From Candidatus Sumerlaeia bacterium (GTDB lineage Bacteria > Sumerlaeota > Sumerlaeia > SLMS01): a stretch of 64,000 bases of DNA. Shown here in pieces: positions 11,170 through 26,370 of the stretch (position 1 is its first letter; the number at the start of each line of letters is the position of its first letter). A program made the position numbers and the translations under genes. Location: the NCBI GenBank assembly GCA_038208905.1, contig JBBQYG010000002.1:1-64000 (forward strand). The letters run 5' to 3'. The notes beneath the pieces are model-generated. The model ran no database searches. It worked only from the letters and a program-made list of their open reading frames with translations, and was not told the origin of the DNA.

Positions 11170-11691
11170 ATGGCTACCAACAAGCAGCAGGACAAGCAGG
11201 TTCACACAATGGCCGCGAATGAGGATGCCCTGACGGACGCCCCCGGTACGCACCAGGCCGGAATTGGCGTTGGGGCCGCAGGCGGCGCCGTCGTGGGGGC
11301 CGCTATGGGCACGGGGGTCGCTGGGCCCCTCGGCGGCTTGGCCGGCGCAACGATCGGCGCCGTCGCCGGGGGCCTTTTTGGCAAGGGCGCGGCGGAAGCG
11401 TTCGACCCGACCCTCGAACTGGACTACTGGCGCGATGCCTATGTCGAGCGCCCCTACTACGATTCGCAGTACACCTTCGACAGCTACGAGCCCGCCTATC
11501 GCTACGGCTGGGAATCCAAGTCCCGTATGATCGACAAGGACTGGGACGACGTTGAGGGCGACCTCGAACGCGACTGGTCCAAGGCGCGAGGCAACAGCAG
11601 CCTCTCCTGGGAAGGCGCCAAGGAGGCGGTTCGCGACGCCTGGGATCGCCTGACCGGGGACACCCCCACTCCGCCGCGCAAGCACCGGTAG
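11170..11691 (+). CDS. Glycine-zipper hypothetical protein with Trp/Tyr-rich C-terminal domain
   Basis: GxxxG repeats (GAAGGAVVGAAMG...GAVAGGLFGKG), then DYWRDAY..YEPAYRYG..WEGAKEAVRDAWDR; GAGG RBS. Confidence 0.8.
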   Translation: MATNKQQDKQVHTMAANEDALTDAPGTHQAGIGVGAAGGAVVGAAMGTGVAGPLGGLAGATIGAVAGGLFGKGAAEAFDPTLELDYWRDAYVERPYYDSQYTFDSYEPAYRYGWESKSRMIDKDWDDVEGDLERDWSKARGNSSLSWEGAKEAVRDAWDRLTGDTPTPPRKHR

Positions 11692-12288
11692 TCGTCGGCC
11701 ATCTCCCGGCGCCTGTCGTGCGGCCGAGGGTTCGAGCCTCGCCGAGAGGATCGTTCGGTTCTCGCCGAGAACAGCCACCAGCCACACAGGCGCCGGATTC
11801 ACCCCGCCAGCCGCACCTCATCGCTAACTTTTGAGCCTCCAAGACTGAGCACCGCGGCGGTATAGCCACTGGTTTCTATACATCGGGAGCAGATGGCGGC
11901 GCCAGCGGTTGCAGGGCAGTCGAACTTGACTTTCCATTGGTATAGGCGATGATGCGAATGTTCGGAGGCGGAACGGAAAATGCCTTCAGCTTCCGACGCT
12001 TGGTTGACGAATCAAAAGGCAGTCCGGTAGTGCCGGGCGGCTGGCTGACGAGTAGGCCTGCGAGATTTCGCACTTCTCAGTGACGAGCTCGAGACTTTAT
12101 TCCCAACCACCGGATCGGATTATTCCATTGAGCGCCCCGATTTACTCACACTTCATTCTCTTCCTCGCTCCGAATCCCGACTTCCAATTCGCGCTTTCTG
12201 GCACATGGGGAGTGCTCGAAAGTGCGCTATTCCACGATGTTACTGTGCCCCTGTTCGCCAAGGATGCGGAGCGCTTGGGGATGCTGCT

Positions 12289-13488
12289 GTGAAAGCCATC
12301 GGCCCGCGAATCCTGACGATCAATGGCGGCTCCTCGAGCATCAAGTTTGCTCTTTTCGAAGCCGGTGATTCGCTCCCGCTCATTTTGAAGGGCGGCATTG
12401 ATGGCATCGGATCGCCGGATGCCACCCTGCGGGTGGAAGGATCTCACAGTTTCTCGCGGCTGATTTCGTCTCCCGGTCGCGCCGGGGCGGTGGAGGCCTT
12501 GATGGACTGGCTCGAAGAGTTCAACGGAAGCGAGCCGTTCGACGCGGTGGGACATCGTGTAGTCCACGGTGGGCCAAGGTATTGGGAGCCACGGCGTATC
12601 AACGCCGAATTGATTGGCGAATTGCAGCGACTCAGCCCATTTGACGCCGACCATCTGCCGGAGGAAATCCGGCTGACTCAGGCGTTTCATCGCCGGTTTC
12701 CCGACCTCCCCCAGATCGCCTGCTTCGATACGGCCTTTCACCATGACCTGCCGCGCGTGGCGCAGTTGCTGCCCATCCCACGCCGATTCGAATCGCAGGG
12801 GGTGCGGCGCTATGGGTTCCACGGATTGTCATACGAATTTCTCATGTTGGAACTCGCCCGCCTAGCGGGCGGGGATGCGGCGCATGGACGCATCATCCTC
12901 GCCCATCTCGGCAGCGGAGCGAGCCTGGCGGCGGTGCGAGACGGCGAGCCTGTGGACACCAGCATGAGCTTCACCCCGACGAGCGGAGTGCCGATGGGAA
13001 CCCGTTCCGGAGACCTCGATCCGGGACTCTTTTGGTATCTATCGCGCACCCAGAAGATGAGCCCCTGGCAGTTCCACGAGATGGTCGATTCCGGATCCGG
13101 GTTGCTTGGCATGTCGGAAACCAGCTCGGACATGCGCGATCTGCTCGCCTGCGAATCGCATGACGTGCGCGCAGCCGAGGCGGTCGCCCTGTTTTGCTAT
13201 CAAATCAAGAAGTGGATCGGCGCGTATGCGGCGGCGCTAGGCGGACTCGACACGCTGGTATTTGCCGGCGGAATCGGGGAGAACGCCCCCGTCATCCGTG
13301 CACGGATTTGCGAGGGGCTGGAGTTTCTTGGAGTCGAACTCGAAGAGGAATCAAATGCTACGGGCGTGCCCGTCATCTCCTCGGCGGTCAGCCGTGTTGT
13401 GGTGCGGGTTGTCCCGACAGATGAGCAGTGGATGATCGCAAACAAAGTGTGTCGGGTCTTGGAACTTGGTCAGAAACGGGAGGATTGA
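12289..13488 (+). CDS. ackA: Acetate/propionate kinase
   Basis: [64 protein letters not shown] start inferred. Confidence 0.95.
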   Translation: MKAIGPRILTINGGSSSIKFALFEAGDSLPLILKGGIDGIGSPDATLRVEGSHSFSRLISSPGRAGAVEALMDWLEEFNGSEPFDAVGHRVVHGGPRYWEPRRINAELIGELQRLSPFDADHLPEEIRLTQAFHRRFPDLPQIACFDTAFHHDLPRVAQLLPIPRRFESQGVRRYGFHGLSYEFLMLELARLAGGDAAHGRIILAHLGSGASLAAVRDGEPVDTSMSFTPTSGVPMGTRSGDLDPGLFWYLSRTQKMSPWQFHEMVDSGSGLLGMSETSSDMRDLLACESHDVRAAEAVALFCYQIKKWIGAYAAALGGLDTLVFAGGIGENAPVIRARICEGLEFLGVELEEESNATGVPVISSAVSRVVVRVVPTDEQWMIANKVCRVLELGQKRED

Positions 13489-13490
13489 GC

Positions 13491-15857
13491 ATGGAGATGC
13501 CTACACTTTCTCCGGAAGTGCTCGACGCCATCGATGCCTATTGGCGCGCCGCCAACTACCTGTCGGTAGGCCAGCTTTACCTCCGCGACAATCCGCTGCT
13601 GAGACGCCCTCTGGCAGCGACCGACATTAAGCACCTGCTGCTCGGCCACTGGGGCACGACGCCGGGCCAGAATTTCATTTATGTCCACCTAAACCGGGTC
13701 ATCAAGAAGTTCGATCTGAACATGATCTACGTGGCGGGCCCCGGTCACGGCGGCCCAGCCCTCGTCGGTAACACCTACCTTGAGGGAACTTACAGCGAGG
13801 TATATCCCCACATCAGCCGGGATGAGGCGGGGCTGCAAAAGCTGTTTAAGCAGTTCTCCTTTCCCGGCGGAATACCCAGCCACGTATCGCCGGAGTGCCC
13901 TGGCTCGATCCACGAGGGTGGTGAATTGGGATACTCGCTCAGCCACTCGTTCGGCGCGGTGTTCGATAATCCCGATCTCGTCGTGGCCTGCGTGATTGGC
14001 GATGGGGAGGCCGAAACCGGACCGCTCGCCACGTCGTGGCATTCCAACAAATTCCTCAACCCCATCTCAGACGGTGTTGTGTTGCCGATTCTACATCTGA
14101 ACGGTTACAAGATCGCCAATCCGACGATCTTCGCGCGGATCGAGCCTGAGGAGCTAGACCAGTTGCTGCGCGGCTATGGTTGGAAGCCCTACTACGTTGA
14201 GGGCCACGAGCCCGGGCTGATGCACGAGGCTATGGCTACCACGCTCGATGCAGTAATGGAGGAGATCAAGCGCATCCAGCACGAAGCGCGCGTCAACGGC
14301 AACACCATGCGCCCGCGCTGGCCGATGATCGTGCTCAAGTCACCGAAAGGCTGGACGGGCGTGAAATGGGTGGACGGCCTCCAAATCGAGGGCACGTTCC
14401 GCGCGCACCAAGTGCCGCTCTCCGGTCCGCGGGAGAATCCCGAACATCTCAGGTTGCTTGAGGAGTGGATGCGCAGCTACCGCCCGGAAGAACTCTTCGA
14501 CGAGCAGGGGCAGTTGATGCCGGAACTGGCGGATCTGGCACCCGAGGGCGAACGCCGCATGGGCGCGAATCCCCATGCCAACGGCGGCCTACTGCTGCGC
14601 GACCTCATCATGCCGGACTTTCGAGACTACGCGGTGGACGTGCCGTTCCCCGGCGCCGTGGAGGCTTCCGACGCGCATGAGCTGGGCGTGTTCCTGCGTG
14701 ACGTGACCAAGCTAAACCAGGAACACCGCAATTTCCGCATCTTTGGCCCCGACGAAACGCTTTCCAATCGCCTGAACGCAGTCTTCGAGGTGACGGATCG
14801 ACAGTGGGACGCACGCATCCAGGATGACGACGAGTTCCTCGCCTTGGAAGGTCGCGTCATGGAAATGTTGAGCGAGCACCAATGCGAAGGCTGGCTCGAA
14901 GGATACTTGCTGACCGGTCGCCACGGGCTTTTCAATAGCTACGAAGCATTCATTCACATCGTTGACTCGATGTTCAACCAGCATGCCAAGTGGCTGAAGG
15001 TCACGGCAGGACTGCCGTGGAGGCGGGAGATCGCGTCGCTGAACTACCTGCTGGCTTCCCATGTCTGGCAACAGATGCACAACGGTCTGACACATCAGGA
15101 CCCAGGCTTTATCGATATCGTCGCGAACAAGAAGGCCTCCGTCGTGCGGGTCTATCTGGCTCCGGATGCAAATTGCCTGCTCTCGATCTGGGATCATTGT
15201 TTGCGCAGCCGCCACTACGTCAACGTCGTGATTGCTGGCAAATATATGGCGCCGCAGTGGCTGACGATGGACGCCGCGGTGAAGCATTGCTCCGAGGGAA
15301 TCGGCATCTGGCAGTGGGCGAGCAGTGACCAAGGCGGCGAGCCCGATGTCGTCATGGCCTGCTGTGGCGATGTGCCCACCCTTGAGACCATGGCCGCCGT
15401 CTCCATCATGCGCAAGCATCTCCCCGACCTAAAAGTCCGTGTCGTCAACGTCGTTGATCTGATGAAACTGCAACCGCAGAGCGAGCATCCGCACGGTCTG
15501 AGCGATCAGGTCTTCGACGCACTTTTCACCAAGGACAAGCATGTGATCTTCGCCTTCCACGGCTATCCTTGGCTGATTCACCGTCTCACATACCGGCGGA
15601 CCAACCATCACAACATTCACGTTCGCGGCTACAAGGAGGAGGGCACAATCACGACCCCATTTGACATGACAGTCCTGAATCAGCTCGACCGCTTCCATTT
15701 GGTGATGGACACGATCGATCGCCTGCCTCAGACGGGCGAAAGGGGCATCCAGCTGAAAAGCGGGCTCCAGAATAAGCTCGTTGAACACAAACGCTTCATC
15801 GACGAGCATGGCTTGGATATGCCGGAGATACGCAATTGGAAGTGGAGTAGCTCATAA
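13491..15857 (+). CDS. xfp: Xylulose-5-P/fructose-6-P phosphoketolase
   Basis: [67 protein letters not shown] before 13491. Confidence 0.96.
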   Translation: MEMPTLSPEVLDAIDAYWRAANYLSVGQLYLRDNPLLRRPLAATDIKHLLLGHWGTTPGQNFIYVHLNRVIKKFDLNMIYVAGPGHGGPALVGNTYLEGTYSEVYPHISRDEAGLQKLFKQFSFPGGIPSHVSPECPGSIHEGGELGYSLSHSFGAVFDNPDLVVACVIGDGEAETGPLATSWHSNKFLNPISDGVVLPILHLNGYKIANPTIFARIEPEELDQLLRGYGWKPYYVEGHEPGLMHEAMATTLDAVMEEIKRIQHEARVNGNTMRPRWPMIVLKSPKGWTGVKWVDGLQIEGTFRAHQVPLSGPRENPEHLRLLEEWMRSYRPEELFDEQGQLMPELADLAPEGERRMGANPHANGGLLLRDLIMPDFRDYAVDVPFPGAVEASDAHELGVFLRDVTKLNQEHRNFRIFGPDETLSNRLNAVFEVTDRQWDARIQDDDEFLALEGRVMEMLSEHQCEGWLEGYLLTGRHGLFNSYEAFIHIVDSMFNQHAKWLKVTAGLPWRREIASLNYLLASHVWQQMHNGLTHQDPGFIDIVANKKASVVRVYLAPDANCLLSIWDHCLRSRHYVNVVIAGKYMAPQWLTMDAAVKHCSEGIGIWQWASSDQGGEPDVVMACCGDVPTLETMAAVSIMRKHLPDLKVRVVNVVDLMKLQPQSEHPHGLSDQVFDALFTKDKHVIFAFHGYPWLIHRLTYRRTNHHNIHVRGYKEEGTITTPFDMTVLNQLDRFHLVMDTIDRLPQTGERGIQLKSGLQNKLVEHKRFIDEHGLDMPEIRNWKWSSS

Positions 15858-16007
15858 TGAATATGCAGGCGGTCCCCCGAGCGTGTCGTTTATCGGCTGA
15901 TGGATGGCTGGAGGCGGCGCTCTGCTCACTCGACAGTGGCGACGCGCCCATGACAGGGCGGTGGAAGTCCCTGAAAGACTTCAAATCCAATCTGGTTCTA
16001 TTGATCT

Positions 16008-17551
16008 ATGAATAGAATCCAGAAATTCTGGAACGATCTGCGATCCAACTTCTGGTTCGTTCCTTCGATCATCGTCCTGGTCAGTATTGCTCTTGCGGCG
16101 GTTCTGATTGGCGCAGACTCCACGGCCAGCCGACAATGGCTCGGTCAATGGCCGCGGCTGTTTGGGTCGGGGGCCGAGGGCGCTCGCGGAATGATGTCAA
16201 CGATTGCGGGCTCGATGATGACCGTGGTGGGCGTTTCGTTCTCCATGATCCTGATGGTTCTGGCATTGGCTTCCACCCAATATACCTCACGTGTTCTGCG
16301 GAATTTCATGCGTAGCCGCGAAACGCAGGTCGTGCTCGGGATATTCGCCGGCATCTTCACCTATAGTCTAATCGTTCTGCGCTCGATTCGCAGCGGCGAC
16401 GAGGGCGCGTTTGTTCCAAGCCTGGCGGTCTTTTTTGGCTTCGTACTGGCGCTCGGTGGGGTGGGAACCCTCATCTTCTTTATCCATCACATTGCCTCTT
16501 CGATTCAGGCTTCCAGCATCATCGCGTCAGTTGCCTACGAAACCATGGCAGCCATGGACCGCCTGTTTCCTGAAAAGCTTGGACAGGAACCGGAAGTGGA
16601 GTTGGACGATTCCATCATTCACCCGCTTGGCGAGCGGAGTTGGCACCCCATCCTGTCTGCTCGCAACGGGTACATTCTAAACGTGGACACCGATGCGCTC
16701 CTGTCCGTGGCGCGCGAACAAAAGACAATCGTGCGAATGGAACGTGGCATCGGCCAGTTCACTGTTCAGAACACCGTCCTTTTCTCTCTCGCGATGGAAG
16801 AGCCGCCGAACAATAAGACGATCAAAGCCCTGCTGGCGGCCTTCGACATCAGCAGCCACCGCACGATCGAGCAGGACATAGAATTTGGCATTCGACAAAT
16901 CGTTGATATCGCGATGAGGGCCCTATCGCCCGGGGTCAACGACACCACGACGGCCGTAATGTGCGTCGACTACTTGACGGCGATCATGGCGCGCCTTGCG
17001 CCGCGACCCATGCCATCATTGCACCGCCACGAGGATGGACATTTGCGGGTGATCGCCAAGGCCCTGAGTTATGACGGATTGTTGGCAGAAGCGTTTGACC
17101 AGATTCGCAGCAACTCCAAGGGCAATGTTGCCGTCATGCGGCGAATGCTCGGAGGTCTTCAAACCGTCGCCGCCCTAACGGCCAGGCCGGACCGGCGTCG
17201 AGCGATTAGCCAACAAGTGCGGTGGATCGCCGATATCGCCGATCGCACGCTCGACTATGCTCAGGACCGCGCGGAGATCAACACCGCCTTGGAGTCCGTG
17301 CGCGAAATGCTGGAATTCGATCCTATCGGGGAGCATGAGAACGACATGGAAGTCTTGCCGCTGATTCGCGAGTGGAGCGATAAACGGCCCGCGGAGCCAT
17401 GCACACGCGAAACCGGCATCGAGGCCATGAGGCGACGGGCAATCGATCGATGGGAAAACGAAGGCGGAGTGATCCTGCCGCCCGAGCCCGGTGAACCGCG
17501 AGGCGGCGCGCGAGTCTCAGATTCGGTCGCAGCCCGGGGGTACCTGACGCC

Positions 17552-17555
<4 letters not shown>
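16008..17555 (+). CDS. DUF2254 family membrane protein with a C-terminal extension
   Basis: WFVPS.., LASTQYTSRVLRNF, QIVDIAMRALSPGVNDTTTA; four N-terminal TM helices. Confidence 0.85.
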
Positions 17556-20186
<2,631 letters not shown>

Positions 20187-20194
<8 letters not shown>

Positions 20195-20525
20195 CAAACC
20201 GAGCATAAAGGGAGTCGGCGATAAGGATGAATTCAGGCGCGAGGTTGCGGCAAAGACGAGACGTAAACTGAGGGCGCGCCGAAATCCCGGGTCGGGGGTG
20301 TGGTTTGGCTTGGGGATGATGGGGCTGATCGGTTGGTCGATTGTCGTTCCGACCCTCCTGGGAACGGCGCTCGGCATCTGGTTGGACAAGCGCCATACGG
20401 GAAGCCATTCCTGGACGCTGATGCTTCTCATGATCGGCCTGGTGCTCGGCTGTCTGAATGCCTGGCATTGGGTTTCAGACCAGGACAGATCGATGAGGGA
20501 AAACGAGGAGAACGACGATGAATGA
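20187..20525 (+). CDS. atpQ: N-ATPase AtpQ (AtpZ/AtpI-like) membrane protein
   Basis: VWFGLGMMGLIGWSIVVPTLLG..WLD..GCLNAWHWV; operon position. Confidence 0.88.
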
Positions 20526-20832
20526 GATGATAGGCTTACTGCTGTCGCTCGTGGCTGGGCTGTCGCTTGGAGCCCTCTTCTTCGGCGGGCTTTGGTGGGC
20601 CACTCGCAGGGCAATGCTATCAAGCCAACCGGTCTATTGGTTTCTCGGCAGCATGTTGCTGCGGTCGAGCATCGTCCTTGCCGGTTTCTATTTCGTCGCC
20701 CAGGGACAGTGGCATCGGCTGATCCCTTGTCTTCTCGGCTTTGTGGCGGCCCGGATCCTAGTGGTGCGGCTGACGAAGCCGCGGAGGGAACTGTCTGCTG
20801 GTCCAGAGGAGGTGCCCATCCATGCGCCTTAG
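20518..20832 (+). CDS. atpR: N-ATPase-specific subunit AtpR
   Basis: FFGGLWW, intramembrane Arg in LLRSS and VAARIL; located between atpQ and atpB. Confidence 0.88.
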   Translation: MNEMIGLLLSLVAGLSLGALFFGGLWWATRRAMLSSQPVYWFLGSMLLRSSIVLAGFYFVAQGQWHRLIPCLLGFVAARILVVRLTKPRRELSAGPEEVPIHAP

Positions 20833-21544
20833 TCCTGACGAAATTGTATACTGGCAGTATGGATACTTCAAACTCAACGCCACGCTCGTGTTCACGTGGG
20901 GGCTGATGCTGTTGCTCGCCGTCGGCTCGAAGGTCATTACGAGAAAACTCTCGGTCGATCTGGATCGCTCGCGCTGGCAGAACTTTGTGGAGATCATTGT
21001 TTTGGGAATCATGAAGCAAATCGAGGAGGTTGGTTTGGCCAACCCGAGGAAATATCTGGCATTTCTGGGCACGCTCTTTCTGTTCATCGCCATGGCTAGT
21101 CTCTGCACGATCATTCCCGGGTATGAGACACCGACCGGTTCTCTGTCCACCACCATTGCGCTCGCTCTCTGCGTGTTCGTCGCTGTGCCACTCTTCGGCA
21201 TCGAGGATCAAGGATTGATTGACTACCTAAAGTCCTACCTGAAGCCGACCTACATCATGCTCCCCTTCAATGTCATCAGCGAGTTATCTCGTACGCTGGC
21301 TCTGGCCGTCCGCCTGTTTGGCAATATGATGAGCGGCGCGATGATCGTCGCGATCCTCGTCACCATCACGCCGCTCATCTTTCCGATCGTCATGACGCTA
21401 CTCGGGCTTTTGACCGGTATGGTGCAGGCCTATATCTTCACCATTCTAGCCGCCGTCTATATCGCGGCCGCGATGCACGTGCGCGGCGCGGCGGGCGACG
21501 CGAAGGAATCGCAATCCAACCAGACCGCCGCGGTCGGAAAGTGA
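20822..21544 (+). CDS. atpB: N-type ATPase subunit a
   Basis: SRTLALAVRLFGNMMSG (essential Arg), VQAYIFTILAAVY. Confidence 0.95.
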   Translation: MRLSPDEIVYWQYGYFKLNATLVFTWGLMLLLAVGSKVITRKLSVDLDRSRWQNFVEIIVLGIMKQIEEVGLANPRKYLAFLGTLFLFIAMASLCTIIPGYETPTGSLSTTIALALCVFVAVPLFGIEDQGLIDYLKSYLKPTYIMLPFNVISELSRTLALAVRLFGNMMSGAMIVAILVTITPLIFPIVMTLLGLLTGMVQAYIFTILAAVYIAAAMHVRGAAGDAKESQSNQTAAVGK

Positions 21545-22242
21545 GGAACGGGATGCTTCACCGGGAAAAGCATCGGACGGACCGCATCGGCTGGCTGCCT
21601 GCGACCGTTCTCGGCGCAAACGACGGTGTCGTTTCGACCGCCAGTCTAATCGTCGGCGTCGCGGCAGCCCATGCCACCAGCGCCCAAATCCTTATAGCTG
21701 GCGCGACAGGATTGGTCGCCGGAACCATGTCGATGGCGGCTGGAGAATACGTTTCGGTCAGTTCCCAGGCGGATACCGAGGCGGTGGATATTGCCATCGA
21801 AGAGGGGGAAATCGCGGCCGACCCGGGGAGAGAATTGATCGAGTTGGCGAGGATATGTGAGTCGCGTGGACTTGATCCCGCCCTTGCGACACAGGCAGCC
21901 GAGCAACTTACCGCCAGGGACGCGCTCGGTGCCCACGCCCGCGACGAACTCGGCATATTCTACGCCCTGAGAGCCAAACCCGTGCAGGCGGCGTTTGCTT
22001 CGTCGGGCTCATTGGCCGTGGGCGCCGCCATGCCACTGTTGACGGTAGTCGTTTCTGCCGAGCGCTACCTGATCCTGCTGGTTTCCAAATTCTCTCTGCT
22101 TCTCCTTGCGCTACTGGGCGGCGCGGCCGCGTTCGCCGGGGGCGCCAGTGCGAGGAAAGGGGCTCTGAGCGTCACTCTATGGGGCGCTTTCGCGATGGTT
22201 ATCACCGCCGCCGTCGGAACTCTATTTGGAGCCGTGCGATGA
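21541..22242 (+). CDS. VIT1/CCC1 family Fe2+/Mn2+ transporter (alternative start 21553)
   Basis: VLGANDGVVST, SMAAGEYVSVSSQ, AHARDELGI; overlaps the atpB stop (GTGA). Confidence 0.88.
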   Translation: MRNGMLHREKHRTDRIGWLPATVLGANDGVVSTASLIVGVAAAHATSAQILIAGATGLVAGTMSMAAGEYVSVSSQADTEAVDIAIEEGEIAADPGRELIELARICESRGLDPALATQAAEQLTARDALGAHARDELGIFYALRAKPVQAAFASSGSLAVGAAMPLLTVVVSAERYLILLVSKFSLLLLALLGGAAAFAGGASARKGALSVTLWGAFAMVITAAVGTLFGAVR

Positions 22243-22330
22243 CGCAATTTGACTGCGAGCTTGACGTGAAGGCCAGGGGCATTACGGCAACTCCCATGAC
22301 CTGCCGCATCCAATCAACAGACCAAAGGAG

Positions 22331-22618
22331 ATGGACATGGACAGCATGACAATCATTGCGGTGGCATCAATCGTCATCGCGGGAATCACCACCGGATTTG
22401 GCACAATGGGTCCCGCGCTGGCCGAGGGAAAAGCCGTCGCTACGGCCCTGACTTCGCTGGCCGAGCAACCCGATGCCTCCGCCACAATCACCAGAACGCT
22501 GTTCGTTGGGTTGGCGATGATCGAATCGACCGCCATCTATTGCTTCGTGGTTTCGATGATCCTCATCTTCGCCAATCCATTCTGGAACCACGTCATCGCC
22601 CAGGCGGCGGGAAAGTAA
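22331..22618 (+). CDS. atpE: N-type ATPase subunit c, Na+-binding signature
   Basis: GPALAEG (helix-1 Glu), MIESTAIY (ESTxxY); AAGGAG RBS (start could be 22337). Confidence 0.96.
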   Translation: MDMDSMTIIAVASIVIAGITTGFGTMGPALAEGKAVATALTSLAEQPDASATITRTLFVGLAMIESTAIYCFVVSMILIFANPFWNHVIAQAAGK

Positions 22619-22621
22619 CCC

Positions 22622-23431
22622 ATGCTGATCGATTGGTTCACCGTCGGCGCGCAACTGCTGAACTTTCTCATCCTTGTCTGGCTGATGAGGCGGTTTCTCT
22701 ATAAGCCGATCCTCCGCGCCATCGATGAGCGCGAGAAGCGAATCGCCTCTCAACTTTCTGACGCCGACGCCAAACGGGCGGAAGCGAAAAAGGGGCGCGA
22801 TGAATTCCAGGCCAAGAACGAGGAATTCGACCGACAGCGTGCGGCGATGCTGAGCCAAGCGGCCGACGAGGCGAAGAAGGAGCGTCAGCGCCTTCTCGAC
22901 GAGGCGCGATCCGCCGCCGACGCCCTGAGTGCGAAACGACAGGAATCGACGCGAACCGAGGAGCAGAGTTTGCGCTCGGCAATCGCCCGGCGGACTCAGG
23001 AGGAAGTATTCGCGATCGCGCGAAGGGCGCTGAAGGATCTCTCCGGGACTAGCCTCGAGGATCGCATGGGAGAAGTCTTTACCCAACGCGTGCGAGAGAT
23101 GGACGGCCAGCCGAAATCAGATCTCGCCACGGCCCTGAGGACGGTCTCCGGCGCCGCGATTGTGCGAACCGCTTTTGACTTGCCGACGGAGCAAAGGGCA
23201 ACAATTCAACGTGCGCTCAACGAAACTTTCTCGTCCGATATTCCCCTTCGCTTTGAAACGGCGCCGGATATTATCGGAGGAATCGAGCTCATCGCGAACG
23301 GTCAAAAGGTTGCCTGGAGTATCGCGGAATACCTCGCGTCGCTGGAAAGCAGTATCGAAGAACTCCTCAACAAGAAGGACAAGCCAGAGGCTAAAATGGA
23401 AAAGCCAGGCCCGGAAGCAAAGAGCCAATGA
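22622..23431 (+). CDS. atpF: N-type ATPase subunit b (long form with delta-like C-terminus)
   Basis: [25 protein letters not shown], coiled coil, GGIEL..WSIAEYL; no separate atpH. Confidence 0.93.
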   Translation: MLIDWFTVGAQLLNFLILVWLMRRFLYKPILRAIDEREKRIASQLSDADAKRAEAKKGRDEFQAKNEEFDRQRAAMLSQAADEAKKERQRLLDEARSAADALSAKRQESTRTEEQSLRSAIARRTQEEVFAIARRALKDLSGTSLEDRMGEVFTQRVREMDGQPKSDLATALRTVSGAAIVRTAFDLPTEQRATIQRALNETFSSDIPLRFETAPDIIGGIELIANGQKVAWSIAEYLASLESSIEELLNKKDKPEAKMEKPGPEAKSQ

Positions 23432-24981
23432 ACGGAGAGCCTGAAAGCCTGCGGAAGGTCTTCGACGGCGCCTTTGCCCGTGTGACCGAGGCGAGGGAAG
23501 CGTTCTCGCCGACACTGACACCGCGCGAAGTGGGTGTGATCGCGAGTGTCTCAACCGGCATTGCCATCGTCACGGGATTGCCCGGCGTGAGCTATGATGA
23601 AGTGCTCACGTTCCCCGGCGGCGTACCCGGCATCGCCTTCAACGTGGACGAGGAAGAAGTGGGCGTTGTTCTGCTCCGCGCCTATTGGCACCTGAAGGCT
23701 GGCGATGAAGTGCAGCGCACGGGACGCGTCATGGAGGTGGGAGTGGGTGACGGATTGCTGGGTCGCGTCCTCGACCCACTTGGTCAGCCGCTCGATGGCA
23801 ACGGACCCTTGACCTTCAGCGGGCGACTGCCGGTTGAGCGCCCCGCACCGCCGATCATGGATCGCGCGCCCGTTACCGTTCCGCTTCAGACCGGACTCAA
23901 GGTCGTCGATGCGCTCATTCCCGTGGGGCGAGGCCAGCGCGAATTGATTCTGGGCGACCGCCAGACAGGCAAAACTGCTGTCGCGATCGACACCATCCTC
24001 AATCAGAAGAACCACAATGTGGTTTGCGTCTATTGCGCCATCGGGCAGCGCGCGTCGGCGGTTGCCAAGACGGTGGCAAGCATGAGGGAGCGGGGCGCGA
24101 TGGAATACACCGTTGTCGTGGTGGCAGAAGGCGACGCCCCGCCTGGTCTCTCCTACATCGCTCCCTATGCGGCCACGAGCATCGCCGAATCCTTCATGGA
24201 AGCGGGGAGGGATGTGCTGATCGTTTACGACGATCTGACGCATCATGCCCGCGCCTATCGCGAACTCTCGCTTCTGCTCCGCCGGCCCCCCGGTCGCGAG
24301 GCGTTTCCCGGCGACATCTTCTACATCCACTCTCGCCTGCTTGAGCGGGCGACGCATCTGCGCAAGGAACTCGGCGGCGGGTCACTCTCCGCGCTCCCCA
24401 TCATCGAGACGGAAGCCCAAAACCTTTCGGCCTATATTCCCACGAACCTGATTTCCATAACGGATGGACAGATATATCTGTCTCCCGCGCTGTTTGAGCT
24501 TGGCGTCCTGCCCGCCGTCGATGTCGCCAAATCGGTCTCGCGCGTCGGCGGGAAAGCCCAGAGGCCTGCCTACAGGGCGGTAACGGGCGACCTTAAGCTC
24601 GCCTACTCGCAGTTCGAGGAGCTCGAAACCTTCTCCCGCTTCGGAGCCCGGCTGGACGAGAGCACGCGCAAAATTATCGATCATGGGCGACGTATTCGAG
24701 CCTGCCTCAAGCAGCCCGAATTCACCCCCGTTCCCGTTATGGGGCAAATTGCCATTCTGTTGGCACTGAGCGAGGGTCTCTTCGACCAAGTACCGATCGA
24801 GAAGATGACGGACGCCGAAACTGCCGTGCAGGATGCGGCGGATAAGATCCCCGCGGAGGTCAGCGAGCGACTGGATACCGCCGACAAGTTGAGCGATCAG
24901 GATCGCGAGGCGATCCTCCAGATTGTCCGCACCGCCCTCCTTCCGTTCCAGCAAAAACCTGAACCGGACAAGAAGCCGTGA
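23428..24981 (+). CDS. atpA: N-type ATPase alpha subunit
   Basis: [34 protein letters not shown]. Confidence 0.97.
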   Translation: MNGEPESLRKVFDGAFARVTEAREAFSPTLTPREVGVIASVSTGIAIVTGLPGVSYDEVLTFPGGVPGIAFNVDEEEVGVVLLRAYWHLKAGDEVQRTGRVMEVGVGDGLLGRVLDPLGQPLDGNGPLTFSGRLPVERPAPPIMDRAPVTVPLQTGLKVVDALIPVGRGQRELILGDRQTGKTAVAIDTILNQKNHNVVCVYCAIGQRASAVAKTVASMRERGAMEYTVVVVAEGDAPPGLSYIAPYAATSIAESFMEAGRDVLIVYDDLTHHARAYRELSLLLRRPPGREAFPGDIFYIHSRLLERATHLRKELGGGSLSALPIIETEAQNLSAYIPTNLISITDGQIYLSPALFELGVLPAVDVAKSVSRVGGKAQRPAYRAVTGDLKLAYSQFEELETFSRFGARLDESTRKIIDHGRRIRACLKQPEFTPVPVMGQIAILLALSEGLFDQVPIEKMTDAETAVQDAADKIPAEVSERLDTADKLSDQDREAILQIVRTALLPFQQKPEPDKKP

Positions 24982-25871
24982 GCGACACCTCCGCAAGCCT
25001 GCGCAGGAAAATCGACAGCGCGACAGATCTCCAATCTGTGGTGCGAACGATGAGGGCTCTCGCAGCCTCCAGCATCACACAATACGAACAATCGGTGCGC
25101 TCCCTGACCGAGTACTATCGCATTGTGGAGCTTGGGCTGGGTGCCTGCCTTCGGGAACGCGGCACGATGACCTTGCTTGCAAAGAAGAAGAATACGGCAA
25201 GGGTCGCTGCAATTACCGCGGTGGTGTTCGGATCAGACCAGGGACTTGTTGGTCAGTTCAATGATGAGGTAGTCGATTTCGCCTCGCAGACACTCGCGTC
25301 CCTGCCGGCAAAACCGGAAATCTGGGCCGTGGGCGAACGCGTTCAAGCCTCGCTGGCCGACGCGGGATTTCCTACACGGGGGCTCTTCGCGGTGCCCGGA
25401 TCCGCGAAGGCGATCACGCCACTCATCGGACGGATTCTCGTGGAGAGCGCGTCGGGTTCCGCACACACAATACATGGTGAATTCCACCTCTTCTATAATC
25501 GTCCCAAAACCGGCGCCGCCTATGCCCCTGTTCATCAGCGTCTGTTGCCGCTCGACGAAAGCTGGCGCAGCAGACTGGCCGCGATCCCCTGGCCGAATGG
25601 GAACAAGCCCCAAATCAGGGAGGATCACAACGGGACCTTGAGGGCGCTCGTGCGTGAGTACCTCTTCGTCTCCCTTTTTCGCGCTTGCGCCGAATCCCTT
25701 GCGAGCGAGAACGCGAGTCGCCTTGCTGCAATGCAGCGCGCCGACAAAAACATCGACGATCTGCTCGAGGAACTTAATAGCACCTTTCATCGCTTGCGCC
25801 AGGACGGTATCGACGCGGAGCTCTTCGATGTCATTTCCGGCTTTGTTGCGTTGAGCGGGAAAAAGAAGTGA
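24978..25871 (+). CDS. atpG: N-type ATPase gamma subunit
   Basis: [48 protein letters not shown]. Confidence 0.95.
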   Translation: MSDTSASLRRKIDSATDLQSVVRTMRALAASSITQYEQSVRSLTEYYRIVELGLGACLRERGTMTLLAKKKNTARVAAITAVVFGSDQGLVGQFNDEVVDFASQTLASLPAKPEIWAVGERVQASLADAGFPTRGLFAVPGSAKAITPLIGRILVESASGSAHTIHGEFHLFYNRPKTGAAYAPVHQRLLPLDESWRSRLAAIPWPNGNKPQIREDHNGTLRALVREYLFVSLFRACAESLASENASRLAAMQRADKNIDDLLEELNSTFHRLRQDGIDAELFDVISGFVALSGKKK

Positions 25872-26074
25872 CTTCAATCCTTCGATTGGCTATGCTCCTG
25901 AGCCACGCGCTGGGGGGGCGATTCCTGAATCTCAGCGAAGGCACTTGCCAGGCGCATTGCCAAAGTAATCTCCAAGCGATACTTTCATTACATACCAATA
26001 TGGAACCGCCGCCGCCACCTCGCAGAATGAAGAGCGCCGGATTCGGCTAGGCTTGCGGGGCTCCAAGGCGAACC

Positions 26075-26370
26075 GTATCCGTCCCGCCCCGACCATGTTG
26101 ACTTGGGCCCCCTGTGCTGCTCGACTGCCGCTTTTCCATCTTGCTGGGGAGAGCGGTCATGGGCACGAAGCGGGAATCCGTGTCGGCGGAGCGGGGTATT
26201 ATCGTTGAGCGGTTCGAGGCGAGCGGGCTTTCAATGGCGGAGTTTTGCCGGCGGGAGGGGATAGCGTATTCGCAGTTCATGTCCCGGAGGAAGCGGCTTT
26301 CGTCCCCGGGTGAATCAGTCGGCGGCTTTGCGGAGCTGGTGCTGGCGCCGGGGGGCGGGTCGCCCGCGGA
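26075..26370 (+). mobile_element. Truncated IS66-family element (putative left end plus tnpA)
   Basis: ORF from ATG 26159: ERFEASGLSMAEFCRREGIAYSQF..RKRL..GFAELVL, typical of IS66 TnpA; GTA-initiated candidate end GTATCCGTCC at 26075; tnpB and tnpC absent. Confidence 0.65.

Noticed and set aside
11720-11750. GGTTCGAG hairpin resembling a tRNA T-arm or att repeat
   Set aside because: No cloverleaf and no match to the tRNA-Ser 3' end; more likely a simple hairpin after the glycine-zipper gene.
11876-12288. Short ORFs between the glycine-zipper gene and ackA
   Set aside because: No recognisable motif or RBS in the frames I read; treated as intergenic or degraded DNA.
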